Shown here piece after piece: positions 12,077 through 23,999 of a DNA stretch of 64,000 nucleotides. Numbering within the stretch: the stretch's first letter is position 1; each line of letters begins with the position of its first letter. The DNA lies in NCBI GenBank assembly GCA_951406725.2, contig OX597822.1:930001-994000 (forward strand). The letters are read 5' to 3'. The notes under the pieces are model-generated. The model worked only from the letters and a program-made list of their open reading frames with translations. It made no database searches and had not been told where the DNA came from. The DNA is from Octopus vulgaris. Taxonomy: Eukaryota. Position numbers and translations under genes: made by a program.

Positions 12077-14319
12077 TATTTCAAAACATTTGCCATAAAG
12101 GCAGTACACAGATTAAGTTAGCTTTGCGGGCTGGACGAGGACATTAATGAGGTGAATGATAATGAAAGAAAGATGATAAGGATGGGAGAAGACAGAAAGC
12201 GCCCGCCGACTTTTGCTTCTCTAAAACATTGTTCTTTTTAAAAAAGATTAACACAAAACGAGGTATTAAACCTCTTACAATTTTTCCAATTTTGGGCTTA
12301 GCAGTCCATTATTAATACAAAACGAGGTATTAATCCTCTTACAATTTTTCAATTTTTGGACTTAAGTCCATTACTAATAATACATATCGTCCTCGAAATA
12401 GCTTGTGCCCGCGCCCTCCACCATCAACCACGCCTCCCTCAGAACGTAGTCAAATTCCGAGTTCGCGTCGCCCGGGACCAAGTTATAGTCTTCATTGAGC
12501 TCATTTAGCCCTAGCGTCACGTCGAACGCCACGGCCTCCACAGCTACCTGCGGAGGCCATTCGGGGTCCTGTGTGAAGGCTAAAGGTGCTCCCTTGTAGT
12601 GCTCTTCCATCACTTTTTCAATTTCTCCTCCTCTATAGAAGAGGACCAATACATTCAGTTCTTTCGTTGGCGGCACAGTTTCCGCCAACGGTATTCCTTC
12701 TCTTGTCGGTGGCACAACCCCAACCGACGTAGTTCCGCGACATTCCGGTGCCACACTGACAGCCGGCAACGTCCCGTTTTTCTTCCTCTTTTTCTTTTTT
12801 TCCCTTTTCAACTGAGGGAGGGTGCGTCTCCTCCGTGGCTGGAAGATTCGCCCTCCTCTCCTCATCCCTATTATCCTTTGGTGAGCACCCATTGTTGCTC
12901 ACCTTCCTCTTCGGCCTCTGCTTGAGGAGTCCTCTGCTTTCTCGGCCGTTATCGTTCCCTCTTCTAGAGGGGTTTTACTTAACTGTTCCGGGATCCTATT
13001 TTGTTCCCGAGGACAGTTCTTCTTTATGTGGCCGGACTCCAAGCACCGATGACACTTAGGGGGGCGACCCTCAAGCATCACCGGGTACCTGCACCCGGCC
13101 ATTTTCAAAAAATCTGGAAAAACCAGATTGGCTGATTGGGTCCACAGGGTCAAAACTGCTTTCGAGCCAACCCAAGCAGCCGCAGGAAGAACTTTTACAT
13201 TGAGGAGCTTAGTTTCGCTGTCACCCAGACCCCGGCGGATAGTCTCCTCTATCCACTCGGGTTCTATGTCGGGTGGCAGTCCGCAGATCCAAGCTTTCAT
13301 CAATTTCTTTTTTTTGTAAGTGGGCAGAATAAGATTTCCTTACCCTCCAAGGGTTCGCTAGCAAATTTGCAAGCCTCTTCAGGGGTGTCAAACAGCAACC
13401 ACACCGTTCCATATTTGACACCCCTGGAAATGAATTTAATTGTTGGCAAATACTCCTCCAACTCCTCCTCAATTGCCGTCTTTTCGAATAGGGCGATGGT
13501 GTCAAGTGCCTTGGAGTAGGTTCTCAACACCACCGTCCTATCTTCACGGTCCTTCAACCACTTTTTGGGTGGTATGATTTCCCACTCCAAAACTTTGTTA
13601 TTTTTCATTGCCATGTTTTTTAAAAAATATATTCAAATTAGACTCAAAAGCAGGAAGAAAAAAGTTCAAAAGTCTAAATAAATTTGATAGATTTTTGAAA
13701 AAACAAAAAGGAGAAAGCACAACAGAAGGGAAGAAATTAACGGAAAGTCGCAATAAAGAAAAAACAAAAGGGGGGGGGGGTAAATGGAGTTCAAAAGAAA
13801 GTTAATAAACAGAAAAAACACAGCAAAAATATTCTGGCCTTGCGGTACTCCCGGCCTGGGTTGAACCTGGAACACCGCAACTGCAACACAACCTCCACAA
13901 AAAGGTCCGAAAGGTAATCCAATAATGGCTTATTTTTATACTTTTCTTGCGAAGTACTCTGACAAGGGAATAAATTCAACAAATCCAAACACAGCACTGG
14001 CTACCGCCAACGGTGATTTTAACAGTAACTGTATTGAATTCTGAGGATACGCCCCTCCACTGTTTTTTTTTTTTTTTTTTTTTTTTTTTCAATGAACACA
14101 AAAACGGCAGCCGCCTAGCGCAGGCGAAATTGTCTCAGAGTTGGACACAACCTACTGAAATAATAATTGGCACGCAATAAATTATGCCCAACTCACAATA
14201 AACAAAATCACTTACCTCGACAACTTTCCGTTTTTGGTCTTTTTTCTTTAGTTGGAAGGAGCTTGTTACTCACGTCCACTCTAGCTCAACAGGAAGCAAC
14301 CGACTAACTGCGCATGTGT
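12077..14319 (-). mobile_element. ORF1-only L1/Tx1-like non-LTR element, unit 1
   Basis: Bounded by target duplications 12061-12076 and 14320-14335; CCHC ORF1; short 3' UTR ending aaata; no RT. Confidence 0.8.
12374..13614 (-). pseudogene. gag-like ORF1 (RRM-like N-terminus plus zinc knuckle CHRCLESGHIKKNC), frameshifted
   Basis: ORF pieces 13614-13300, 13303-12899 and 12892-12374; homologous to units 2 and 3. Confidence 0.75.
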
Positions 14320-14335
14320 GGTTAGAAAGCTACTT

Positions 14336-16271
14336 TATTTTATATAATTTGCCACTAGGGCAGCACACAGAGTAGTAGCTACGGGCTGGACAAGGACATT
14401 AATGGATGATGGTGGTGGTGGATGAAGATGGTGATGGGAGAAGTCGAAAGCGCCCGCCGACTTTCGCTTCTCTAAAACAATGTTTCAATTCACAATGATT
14501 CAAATTACATAAAAAATGTTCAACAATTCTCCTCGTCAGGTCCCCGAAGCAAATTGTCTTGCCGCCTGCAGACAACTCTGCGACGACAAGTCGGGGCCTG
14601 CAAAGAGAAAAGTAAAATCTTTCCTTTCAAAGGTCTCTGCGACCCTTGACAAAGTATCTTCCGTTACTTTTTCCGCAGCTACCCACGGAGGCCATAACGG
14701 ACTCCTTGAGCCGACCGTGCCCTTACGTTCTCGGTCACCCAAGCCATTCAAAAATCTTTCCACCTCCTCTCCCTTGTGGTAAAGGAGGAGAAGCATCTCC
14801 TCTTCACAGGAAGGGACCTCACACTGCTCCGTCAGTGGCACACTTCCTACTGGCGGAGCCTTGTTCGCGGGTGGCACACATCCCACCCGCGGCTCCGTCG
14901 GCGACACAGAAACGTCAGTCGTCCGACCTCTCCTTTTTCTCCTCCTTCTTTTGGGGGAGACTGCTGACCCAGGGGACTCCGTCACCAGACACGGGGGATT
15001 GCTATCCCCCTCCGCCCCCTGTTGCTCGCCTGTCTCTTTCTTTTCGTGGAGGCAACCTCCTCCACGACTTCCACCGTCTCCCCCTCCAATGAGGGGGCGG
15101 CGGGCGCCTTTTCCCCTTTCTGCTCCGGGGCACCACCACGGCCCTCGGGACAATTCTTCCTGATATGTCCGGGCTTCAGGCACAGGTGACACTTGGGGAG
15201 GCGACCCTCGAGTATCACCGGGTACCTGTGCCCAGCCATTCTCAGGAAGTCCGGGAATTTCATTTCTCCCACGGCCACCGGTGTCCACAGGGTCAAAGTT
15301 GCCTTTTACCCCTCCCAGGCGACCGCGGGAGCCATTTTCACACTCAGTAGTCTGGGTCCGCTATCCCCCAGGCCTCGCCGGATGGTCTTCTCGATCCATT
15401 CCGCCTCCGTGCCCGGGGGCAGCCCACACACCCAGGCTCTTTTTACTTTTCTGCCACAATACGAAGGGAGGAACAAAATTTCCTCTCCCTCCAGTGGCTC
15501 GCTAGCAAATCTGCTAGCTTCCTCGGGGGTACCAAACAGCAACCACACCGTTGCAAATTTAGTCCCCCGAGAAATAAATTTTATAGTTGGCAGGTGGTCC
15601 CCCAACTCTTTCTCTATAGTATTCCTGTCGAAGAGGGCAATGGCTCCACGCGACCTAGAATAGGTTCGTAGGACCACCGTCCTCTTCTCAAGACTTTCAA
15701 TCCACCGCTTGGGTGGGACGACCTCCCATTCCAAAGCGGTGGTTTCTTTTGTTGCCATGTTTTTTTTTTAAATAAATGTATTCAGAATAAAACTAAAAAA
15801 CGAGAAGAAAAGGAAATCCGAAGAAAGTCACAATGAAAAAAGGAGAGAGTCAAATAAAGTTAAAAAGAAAGTCAAATAAAGTTAAAAAGAAAGTCAATAA
15901 CACAGCAAAATCCTTTTGGCCACTTGGTACTCCCGGCCTAAATCGAACCAGGATCGCACAACTTCCACAAAAATTGGTGTAAAATTGGTAGTTCTTCACA
16001 GCACAATACAATTCTCACAATTCGAAGACGGATACGCCCCAAAAATTTTCTCAGCGAGAAAAATATATTTGCCACATGTCGGCAGAATCAGAATTCTGAA
16101 TCCAGTAGGACTTCCTGCATGTAAAAAACAATTCTCAACAAAAACTCCCACTGGACCCAGAAAACAGAATCTTACCTTACATGGGGCTTCCAAAGTTTCA
16201 ATTCAAGACGGCTTCAAAAGCACATCTTCACTGCTTCAGTAGCAAACACAATACTGACTCGCACATGCGCA
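14336..16271 (-). mobile_element. ORF1-only L1/Tx1-like non-LTR element, unit 2
   Basis: Bounded by target duplications 14320-14335 and 16272-16286; 3' UTR shared with units 1 and 3. Confidence 0.8.
14536..15758 (-). pseudogene. gag-like ORF1 (zinc knuckle CHLCLKPGHIRKNC), frameshifted
   Basis: ORF pieces 15758-15306, 15296-14982 and the C-terminal part of 15288-14536. Confidence 0.75.
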
Positions 16272-16579
16272 GTTAGCAAGCTACTTTATTTCATTTAATT
16301 TGCCACAAGGGCAGTACACAGATAGTAGCTACGGGCTGGACATAGACATTAATGAATGATGGTGATGAAGTGAAGATGTTGATGGGAGAAGACGAAAGCG
16401 CCCGCCGACCCCCGCTTCTCTAAGACAATGTTCAATGAATACATTTAGTAAAATGTTCAAAAATGTTCAGAATGTTCAAAAATGTTCAGAATGTTCAAAT
16501 TACATTTTTGCAGAGGAGGTAATAAACCTCCTCTTCAAATGTTCAAAATGTTCAAAAAGTGTTTAACAATTCTCCCCGT

Positions 16580-17808
16580 CAGGTCCCCGAAGCAAATTGT
16601 CTTGCCGCCTGCAGACAACTCTGCGACGACAAGTCGGGGCCTGCAAAGAGAAAAGGTAAAGTGCCTTCTTTCAAAGGTCTCTGCGACCCTTGATAAGATA
16701 GCTTCCGTTACTACCTTTCCGCAGCTACCCGCGGAGGCCATAACGGATTCCTTGAGCCGACCGCGTCCTTGCGCTCTCGGTCACCCAAGCCATTCAAAAT
16801 CTTTCCACCTCCTCTCCCTTGTGGTAAGGAGGAGAAAGCAACTCCTCTTCACAGGAAGGGACCACACTGATCCGTCAGTGGCTCACTTCCTACTGGCGGA
16901 GCCTTGTCCGCGGGTGGCACACATCCCACCCGCGGCTCCGTCGGCGACACAGAAACGTCAGACGTCCGACCTCTCCTTTTTCTCCTCCTTCTTTTGGGGG
17001 AGACTGCTAACCCAGGGGACTCCGTCACCAGACACGGGGGAATGCTATCCCCCTCCGCCCCCTGAGCGTTCTTTGGTGGGCAACCGTTGTTGCTCGCCAG
17101 CCTCTTTCTTTTCGTGGAGGCAACATCCTCCGTCTCCCCCTCCAATGAGGGGACGGCGGGCACCTTTTCCTTTTCATGTTCCGGGGCGGCACCACGGCCC
17201 CGGGACACTTCTTCTTAATATGTCCAGGCTCCGAGCACCGGTGACACTTGGGGGCGCGTCCCTCAAGCATCACCGGATACTGGACCCGGCCATCTTCAGG
17301 AAGTCCGGAAAAACCAGACTCTTGGCCGACTGGGTCCACAGAGTCAAAGTGGCCTTTGACCCTTCCCAGTTAGCCGCAGGCTGCATTTTAACGTTGAGGA
17401 TCTTGGCGTCCCTGTCACGCCAGACCCCGGCGGATGGAAGTCTTCCATCCACTCGGGTTCAAAGCCGGGCGGCAGGCCACAGACCCATAAACGTAACAAT
17501 TTTTCCCCCCTGTAACTGGGGAGAAACAGAATTTCATTGCCCTCAATGGGCTGGCTTGCAAATTTGCAAGCTGCTTCAGCGGAGTCAAATAGCAACCATA
17601 CCGTTGCGTATTTGACTCCCCGTTGAATATGTTTAACGGCTGGCATATAGTCTGCCAGCTCGTTCTCAATGGTGTCTCTCGGAAAAACCATTATGGTGTC
17701 GAGTGACTTTGAATATGTCCTCAGCACCACGGTTCTTTCCTCGAGTTCGTGCAAATATTTTTTGGGAGGTGTTAATTCCCACACAGTGAATTTCTTTGCC
17801 TGTGCCAT
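16580..17808 (-). pseudogene. gag-like ORF1 (zinc knuckle CHRCSEPGHIKKKC), multiply frameshifted
   Basis: ORF pieces 17808-17344, 17452-17270, 17339-17025, 17208-16849 and 16741-16535; 3' boundary approximate. Confidence 0.7.
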
Positions 17809-18124
17809 AACGTAAAATACAACAGTTCAAAATGATAAACTAAAATTAGACACAGAAAGGAGAATAAAAATGCAACAGAAGGGAAGAAATAAAATTAAAA
17901 ATGGCAGTTCAAAAAAGTTTTTAACAAATAAATAATAGACAGAGAAAGAGAGTTCAAATTCAGGCAAAGGAATTCAGTTTTTTTTTTTTTTCCACTTCTT
18001 CGGCCAGAATTGTAATCCAGTGCCAAATGCATTGGTAGAACCCTTGGTAAATAATCCTTGGTAATCCGTGGACAACACAACGACAATTTCAACAATAATT
18101 TTTCCAGACGGACTATGCCGCTTC

Positions 18125-18718
18125 AAAATTACAATTTCTTTTCACTCGACACAGGCAGAAAAATTATATCCGGAGTAAAGTGGAGCCTTATTATTTGCTA
18201 AAAAATATTAAATGCTAAAAAACATTCATGCAAGTAATAAAACTTCACTAAACTCGCAAAAACATAAAACGCCTGCCCGTAGTCGATTCGAACGTTCAAC
18301 AATTCATGTTGAAACAACGCAACATCAATACAATTTTCCTTCCACTCGACACAGGCAGAAAAATTATATCTGGAGCAAAGTGGAGCCTCATTATTTGCTA
18401 AAAAATATTTAATGCTAAAAAACATTAATGCAAGTAATAAAACTTCACTTCGCTCACAAAAATACAAAATTCCTACCTTTAGTCGATTCGAACGTTCAAT
18501 ATTTCACGTTGAAACAACGCGACATCAATACAATTTTCTTTCCACTCGACACAGGCAGAAAAATTATATCTGGAGCAGAGTGGAGCCTTATTATTTGCTA
18601 AAAAATATTTAATGCTAAAAAACATTAATGCAAGTAATAAAGCTTCACTTCGCTCGCAAAAATACAAAATTCCTACCTTTAGTCGAGTCGAAAGTTCAAC
18701 AATTCACGTTGAAACACG
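18125..18718. repeat. 200-bp tandem repeat, about 3 copies, in the 5' UTR of unit 3
   Basis: cactcgacacaggcagaaaaattatatc recurs at 18143, 18343 and 18543. Confidence 0.9.
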
Positions 18719-18760
18719 TGGCATCTGGAGCAGCAAAAAAACACGTCTGAACAGTTCAGT

Positions 18761-18800
18761 GGTTAGCGAGCTACTTACCACACAGCCACTCCTGCGCCTA
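18761..18800 (-). mobile_element. SINE family B 5' head (A box), separated from 11695-12076
   Basis: Minus strand aggcgcaggagtggctgtgtggtaagtagctcgctaacc matches the head of 34668. Confidence 0.85.
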
Positions 18801-19386
18801 TCTCACTTATTAACCAATCAATCGATTCCTCGATACATTGATCCGCTGTCGTATCTTCTTAATAATCGAGATCCGTAAACATCTGGCCATCACCCCAAAC
18901 ATTAGCACTTCCATTCACTTGTCTCATTTAGTAGTGTCATTTTCCCTATGTATTTAACCATCAGCTAGCTGTGTCACCCTTTATCAAGCCGCTTGTAAAT
19001 CTATTCAACCCATTGTTGACCCAATGATCTATACAACCACCAACCACACCGTTAAACCACAAACTCAGTCACTTATCTGACCATCTGACTGTCTGACTAC
19101 TAAAGCAACCATAACTCTTACTGTTAAGCTAATCCTTAAGCCAGCTAGTTTACCTGACTATCATTAGGGCATTAACCATGCGTCAACATAAACTCAGAAC
19201 TGCAAAACCATTAAACTAATCGACCGCCTTTCATTGATCCGTCTCAGAAATCGTCCAGCCTTCGGCTCTTCCTACACGATCCGGCTACCCATCCATTCAT
19301 TCATTCACCCGTTACTCCATCCATCCATCCATCCATCCATCCATCCATCCATCCATTTATCCATTATCCGTCAGACCACCTATCTG

Positions 19387-19480
<94 letters not shown>

Positions 19481-19654
19481 CATGCATGCATCCATCCATG
19501 CAACATGTAGGCAGTTAGTAAAGAGAAATACACACACACACACACAGACGCAAAAACGGCGTTTTTCGTTGCAAAGGAAGTTGATGTACGTAAATCAAGT
19601 ATTTATCTAGCTTAGTGTTTGATATAACCTTATTCGTTTTTATTATCTATGTCC

Positions 19655-19812
19655 AAGCATGGCTGTATGCTAAGAAGCTTGTTTACCAACCACATGGTTC
19701 CGGGTTCAGTTTCACCGTGTTTCACGTTGGGCAAGTGTCTTCTACTATAGCACTGGGAAGACTAAAGCCTTATGATTGGATTTGGTAGGTGGAAACTGAA
19801 AGAACCCCCTTA
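19655..19812 (+). mobile_element. SINE family B 5' half
   Basis: tggctgtatgctaagaagcttg...ggttccgggttcagt...ttgggcaagtgtcttctactatag. Confidence 0.7.
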
Positions 19813-19880
19813 TATATATATACAAAATGGCTGACAGTTAGTAGGGAGAGACACACACAAATAAGAAAGAAGAAAGCAAA

Positions 19881-19925
19881 GGACCACTGATGCGGTCACA
19901 GGAGTGTGACGAAAGAACTCTGGCC
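19881..19925 (+). ncRNA. minimal hammerhead ribozyme motif (A9C, probably decayed)
   Basis: ggacca-CTGATGC-g-gtcaca ggag tgtgac-GAAA-gaac-TC-tggcc; perfect 6-bp stem II. Confidence 0.5.
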
Positions 19926-20119
19926 GAAATAAGATTAAGTTTAATGTAAAAAATAAATAACACTGAAGCAAAGTAACACCAAATATATAGTGCGTGTGTT
20001 TTTTATTGGCTAAACTGGCAAAATGACCATTCCGAAATACAACAATATGTAAACAATCCTAAAATATAAACAGTTTCTTCTCGTTGTATGTCTACGCATC
20101 CAGTCTACTGAAGTTAAAC

Positions 20120-20470
20120 TCCAGCAGACGGCATCTTTAGACATAGGAGGACAATTGCTGATGACGCCGACTGAAGCCGAAACACGTTTTTCTATCAGCC
20201 AGTTTGTCTTTAGACAGTAAAACTCTACTTTGAGAAAATTTCAGCAGACGGCATAGTTATACATAGTAGGACAGTCGCTGATGTGGGCGACTGAAGCCGA
20301 AATACTATTTTCAACCAGCCGGTTTGTCTTCAGACAACAAAATTCTTTTCTTTGAGAAAATTTCAGCAGATGGCATGCTCAGACATAGTAGGACGGTTGC
20401 TAAACAGACGGTACCAATTGAAAGAGAGAACATTTCCAAAACAGTCCACTTGTCTCTGTACAACAAACTC
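20120..20470. repeat. about 120-bp tandem repeat, 2.5-3 copies
   Basis: cagcaga(c/t)ggcat at 20122, 20242 and 20364. Confidence 0.85.
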
Positions 20471-20639
20471 TTCTTCTATGGCATGTTAATATTCTGAAAA
20501 TTTTTTATTCTAGAGATTTTATCTCCCTTCTCTTTCGTAAATCTTTCTTTCCATGGGAAGATAATTTCAAGAAATTAAGAAACAATCTTAGAATTTGCAA
20601 CAACTTTATTCGTTTTGTACTATTAAGAATTATATTTGT

Positions 20640-20928
20640 TTTTTGTTGTTTGTTCCTTCTCGAGCCACGCCTGGCTCATAAGGGCTGGTTTCCCGGTTTC
20701 TTGGCGTATAGGTTCCCCACCTGGACGGGACGCCGGTCCGTCGGCTGCAAGATGCAGGAGGAAAGAGTGAGAGAAAATTGTGGCGAAAGAGTCAGCAGAA
20801 GTTTCGCCATTACTTCTGCCGGAGCCGCGTGGAGCTCATAAACACACACATCGCCCGGTCTGAGATTCGGACCCACGATCCCTCGACCGCGAGTCCGCTG
20901 CTCTAGCCACTAGGCCATGTGCCTCCTC
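20640..20928 (-). mobile_element. tRNA-derived SINE family C
   Basis: Reverse complement of 26496-26800; A box tggcctagtgg; (CAA)-rich tail. Confidence 0.85.
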
Positions 20929-21379
20929 ATTAAGGTTTATATCGATTTATGTATCCCTTATTTGAAAGTATTTTCTGTTGGCATGACTTAGTGGTAAGAA
21001 GTTTACTTCCCAACAACATTGTTTTGGGTTCCGTCCCACTGCGTTGCACCTTGATCAAGTGTCATCTACTGTAGTCCTCGGCCAATCAAAGAAAACTGTA
21101 AGAAGCCCGTCGTACACACACACACATTTTGATCGAATCCCATGCTTGCGGCCCACCACCCGTTTGAATAATTAATACTTTCGAGATTTCGTTAGTTATA
21201 AAACATATGTAGAATGGATTTTATCTACTCCATTCCTTTTGGATATTTATTCGCAAAAACACCAACTTCGATACGGAAAAATTCATAACGTTCTGCGCCA
21301 ACAAAACACCATTTTTCCTGAAAGTTGTTTTTAATGTTTTCTGCGGACTGCACCTTGATCCTTGGATCTTACCTTCACA

Positions 21380-21558
<179 letters not shown>

Positions 21559-21621
21559 GCATCTGTCTGTCTGTCTGTCTGTGTGTCTGTGTGTCTGTGT
21601 GTCTATCTATCTATCTATCTA

Positions 21622-21689
<68 letters not shown>

Positions 21690-22149
21690 GGGTGTATGTC
21701 TTTTCTTCCATTGCTTGACAACCAATGCTGGTGTGTTTACGTCCCTGTAATCTAAAATAAGTACCGCTTTGTGGTATTTATTCCAAGACGACCCCAGTAA
21801 ATAAGTACTGGGCTCGATTTGTACCACTAAAACCCCTTCTAGGCGGTACTCCGGGACATAGACACAATCCAATAACTGAAACAAGTAAAAGGATAAAACG
21901 AAAAAAAAAAATAAAAGGCGCTGCTATATTTCCATTTGTATTTGAACGTCTCGTGTACTACCGACTTTTGTAACTAACAACACCAGAAAACGAAAATGCG
22001 TTGCTATATGACAATGTGTCTGAAAGAATTTCTATTGAATTCTATATTTCATGTAATTGATGGAAGGCAGAAGGCTGAAATGGATGCTAGAATTGCAGGT
22101 GCTGGCGGCACAGTAATGCACCAGCTCTAGCATTCGAGGAGAGGTTGGC

Positions 22150-23060
22150 AGAAAAGCCTAACTCACTCTCTTCATTTCAGTTTTCGGGCCTATCCTCTCT
22201 TATGGTCATGTTGGGTAATGACCAAAAAACAAAACAAAAAAAAAGAAGCGGCTGAAGTGGGGTTCTTCCGAAGGGACTCTAGAGTGATGTTACTCCATAA
22301 GGTACGTGGCTCAGAAATTAAGGAACCTTTCCAGATCGATCAACTACTTCTCCGCTTTGAGAGGTCATAACTCCGGTACTATGGACATGCGATTAGAATG
22401 ACGCCAGATAGAATCGCAAAAGCGATTAAGCCGGCGAGCTGGCAGAAACGTTAGCACGCCGGGCGAAATGCTTAGCGGTATTTCGTCTGCCGATACGTTC
22501 TGAGTTCAAATTCCTCCGAGGTCGACATTGCCTTTCATCCTTTCGGGGTTGCTTAAATAAGTACTAGTTACGCACTGTGGTCGATGTAATCGACTTAATC
22601 CGTTTTTCTGTCCTTGTTTGTCCTCTCCGTGTTTAGCCCCTGTGGGTATTGAAGAAATAGGTATTTCGTCTGCCACTACGTTCTGATTTCAAATTCCTCC
22701 GCGGTCGACTTTGCCTTTCATCCTTTCGGGGTCGATTAAATAAGTACCAGTGACGCACTGGAGTCGATGTAATCGACTTAATCCGTTTGTCTGTCCTTGT
22801 TTGTCCCCTCTATATTTGGCCCCTATGGGCAATAAAGAAATAAGAAAGAATCGCAAAATAGATTATCCAAACTAACACAATCGCCAGAACAAGATGGTTA
22901 GATAATATTCCATAGTTACAGTCGGTCACGCTTGGGCATCTAGCCGGAAAGTGTCATGATGGCTGTTGACGTTTGGTTCGGATAGGACGCTACGGAGAAG
23001 GTGCTTGAGAACTCTACCCACACGAGCTTCTCGGGAGTGGTGTGGGAGAGAAGATGGATT
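22150..23060 (+). mobile_element. RTE LINE 3' fragment interrupted by a SINE
   Basis: AAEVGFFRR...KVRGSEIKE...LLLRFERS*LRYYGHAIRM at 22245-22410; continues after 22858. Confidence 0.65.
22422..22847 (+). mobile_element. SINE family A with internal tandem duplication
   Basis: Body duplicated (22478-22660, 22661-22845); flanked by TSD agaatcgcaaaa. Confidence 0.85.
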
Positions 23061-23999
23061 TCTGTTTATGAATGGATCCTGCAATAACTAGAATCGTGGT
23101 TGCATATTTAAGATATAAATTATGCGGTTATAAATCAACAAATTGCGAAGAAAAACTAAAGCAACATTCGCTTTTCCTTTCATAATGCTCACTTCATCAT
23201 TGATTAAAAATATAGGCTTCTTAACGTCTGTAGATTCTTGGATATTAGAAGGAGAAATTAAGCGAACGTTCGATAAAGAAAAAAACCCCAATAAAAACAG
23301 TTACTTAAGTGGTGGTTGGCTATGTTGGATTGGAGAAATGATGATAGTTGTGTTAAACAACAATTTCTAGAACAGCAACAACCACGACAGCAACAAAGAC
23401 AGCAATGGCAACAACTATAATATTTGATGAAATATTAAGTTTCAAATTTCAGTCCATCAACGAGTCCGTGAAATATATGAAACCAAATCTCTAATTAAAG
23501 ATTCGAGGTGGTCGGAAGTGGAGTAATTAAATCACAAGCAGTAATCACGGCACAACACATTATGTCCTGTGTTTATTACCGACAATCGTATTGGTGGGTG
23601 ATGAATGAATGAATGGGGAGGGGGAGGCTATGGTGGCGGGCTGTAGATCCGAGTGTGGGGGCGATGTGTCGAGATGCAAGACACGTAAAAACACACACAA
23701 GAAAAAAAAGGGAAAAACAACGGCGAGCAGAATAGGGCTTCGGTGATAAACGACGATCTCAATGAAGAAAAAAACACAAACAAACAATAAAATGTAAAAG
23801 AAAAAAAAAACGAAAAACAGAATAACAACAAAGCGAAGGCATAAACCAACTGGTCGGAGCGGTGGGTTGGTGATGTATTGCGGCGTATTGAGAGAAATAC
23901 TAAACACACACACACACACACGCATGAACAAACACACACACACACACACACGTCGTGTAATGTTATTATACGCCATTAACTTTTGTATTCTATTACATT

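Larger units (their letters stand above)
16287..18760 (-). mobile_element. ORF1-only L1/Tx1-like non-LTR element, unit 3
   Basis: Bounded by target duplications 16272-16286 and 18761-18776; 5' UTR with 200-bp monomers. Confidence 0.8.

Noticed and set aside
16482-17615. 377-aa plus-strand ORF and similar plus-strand ORFs at 14516-15663
   Set aside because: Antisense to the conserved CCHC ORF1; not maintained as one frame across the three units
12061-18776. CRISPR-like or LTR interpretation of the repeated 16-mer
   Set aside because: Spacers are kilobase-long homologous elements, there are no cas genes and no LTRs or PBS; the repeats are best explained as target-site duplications
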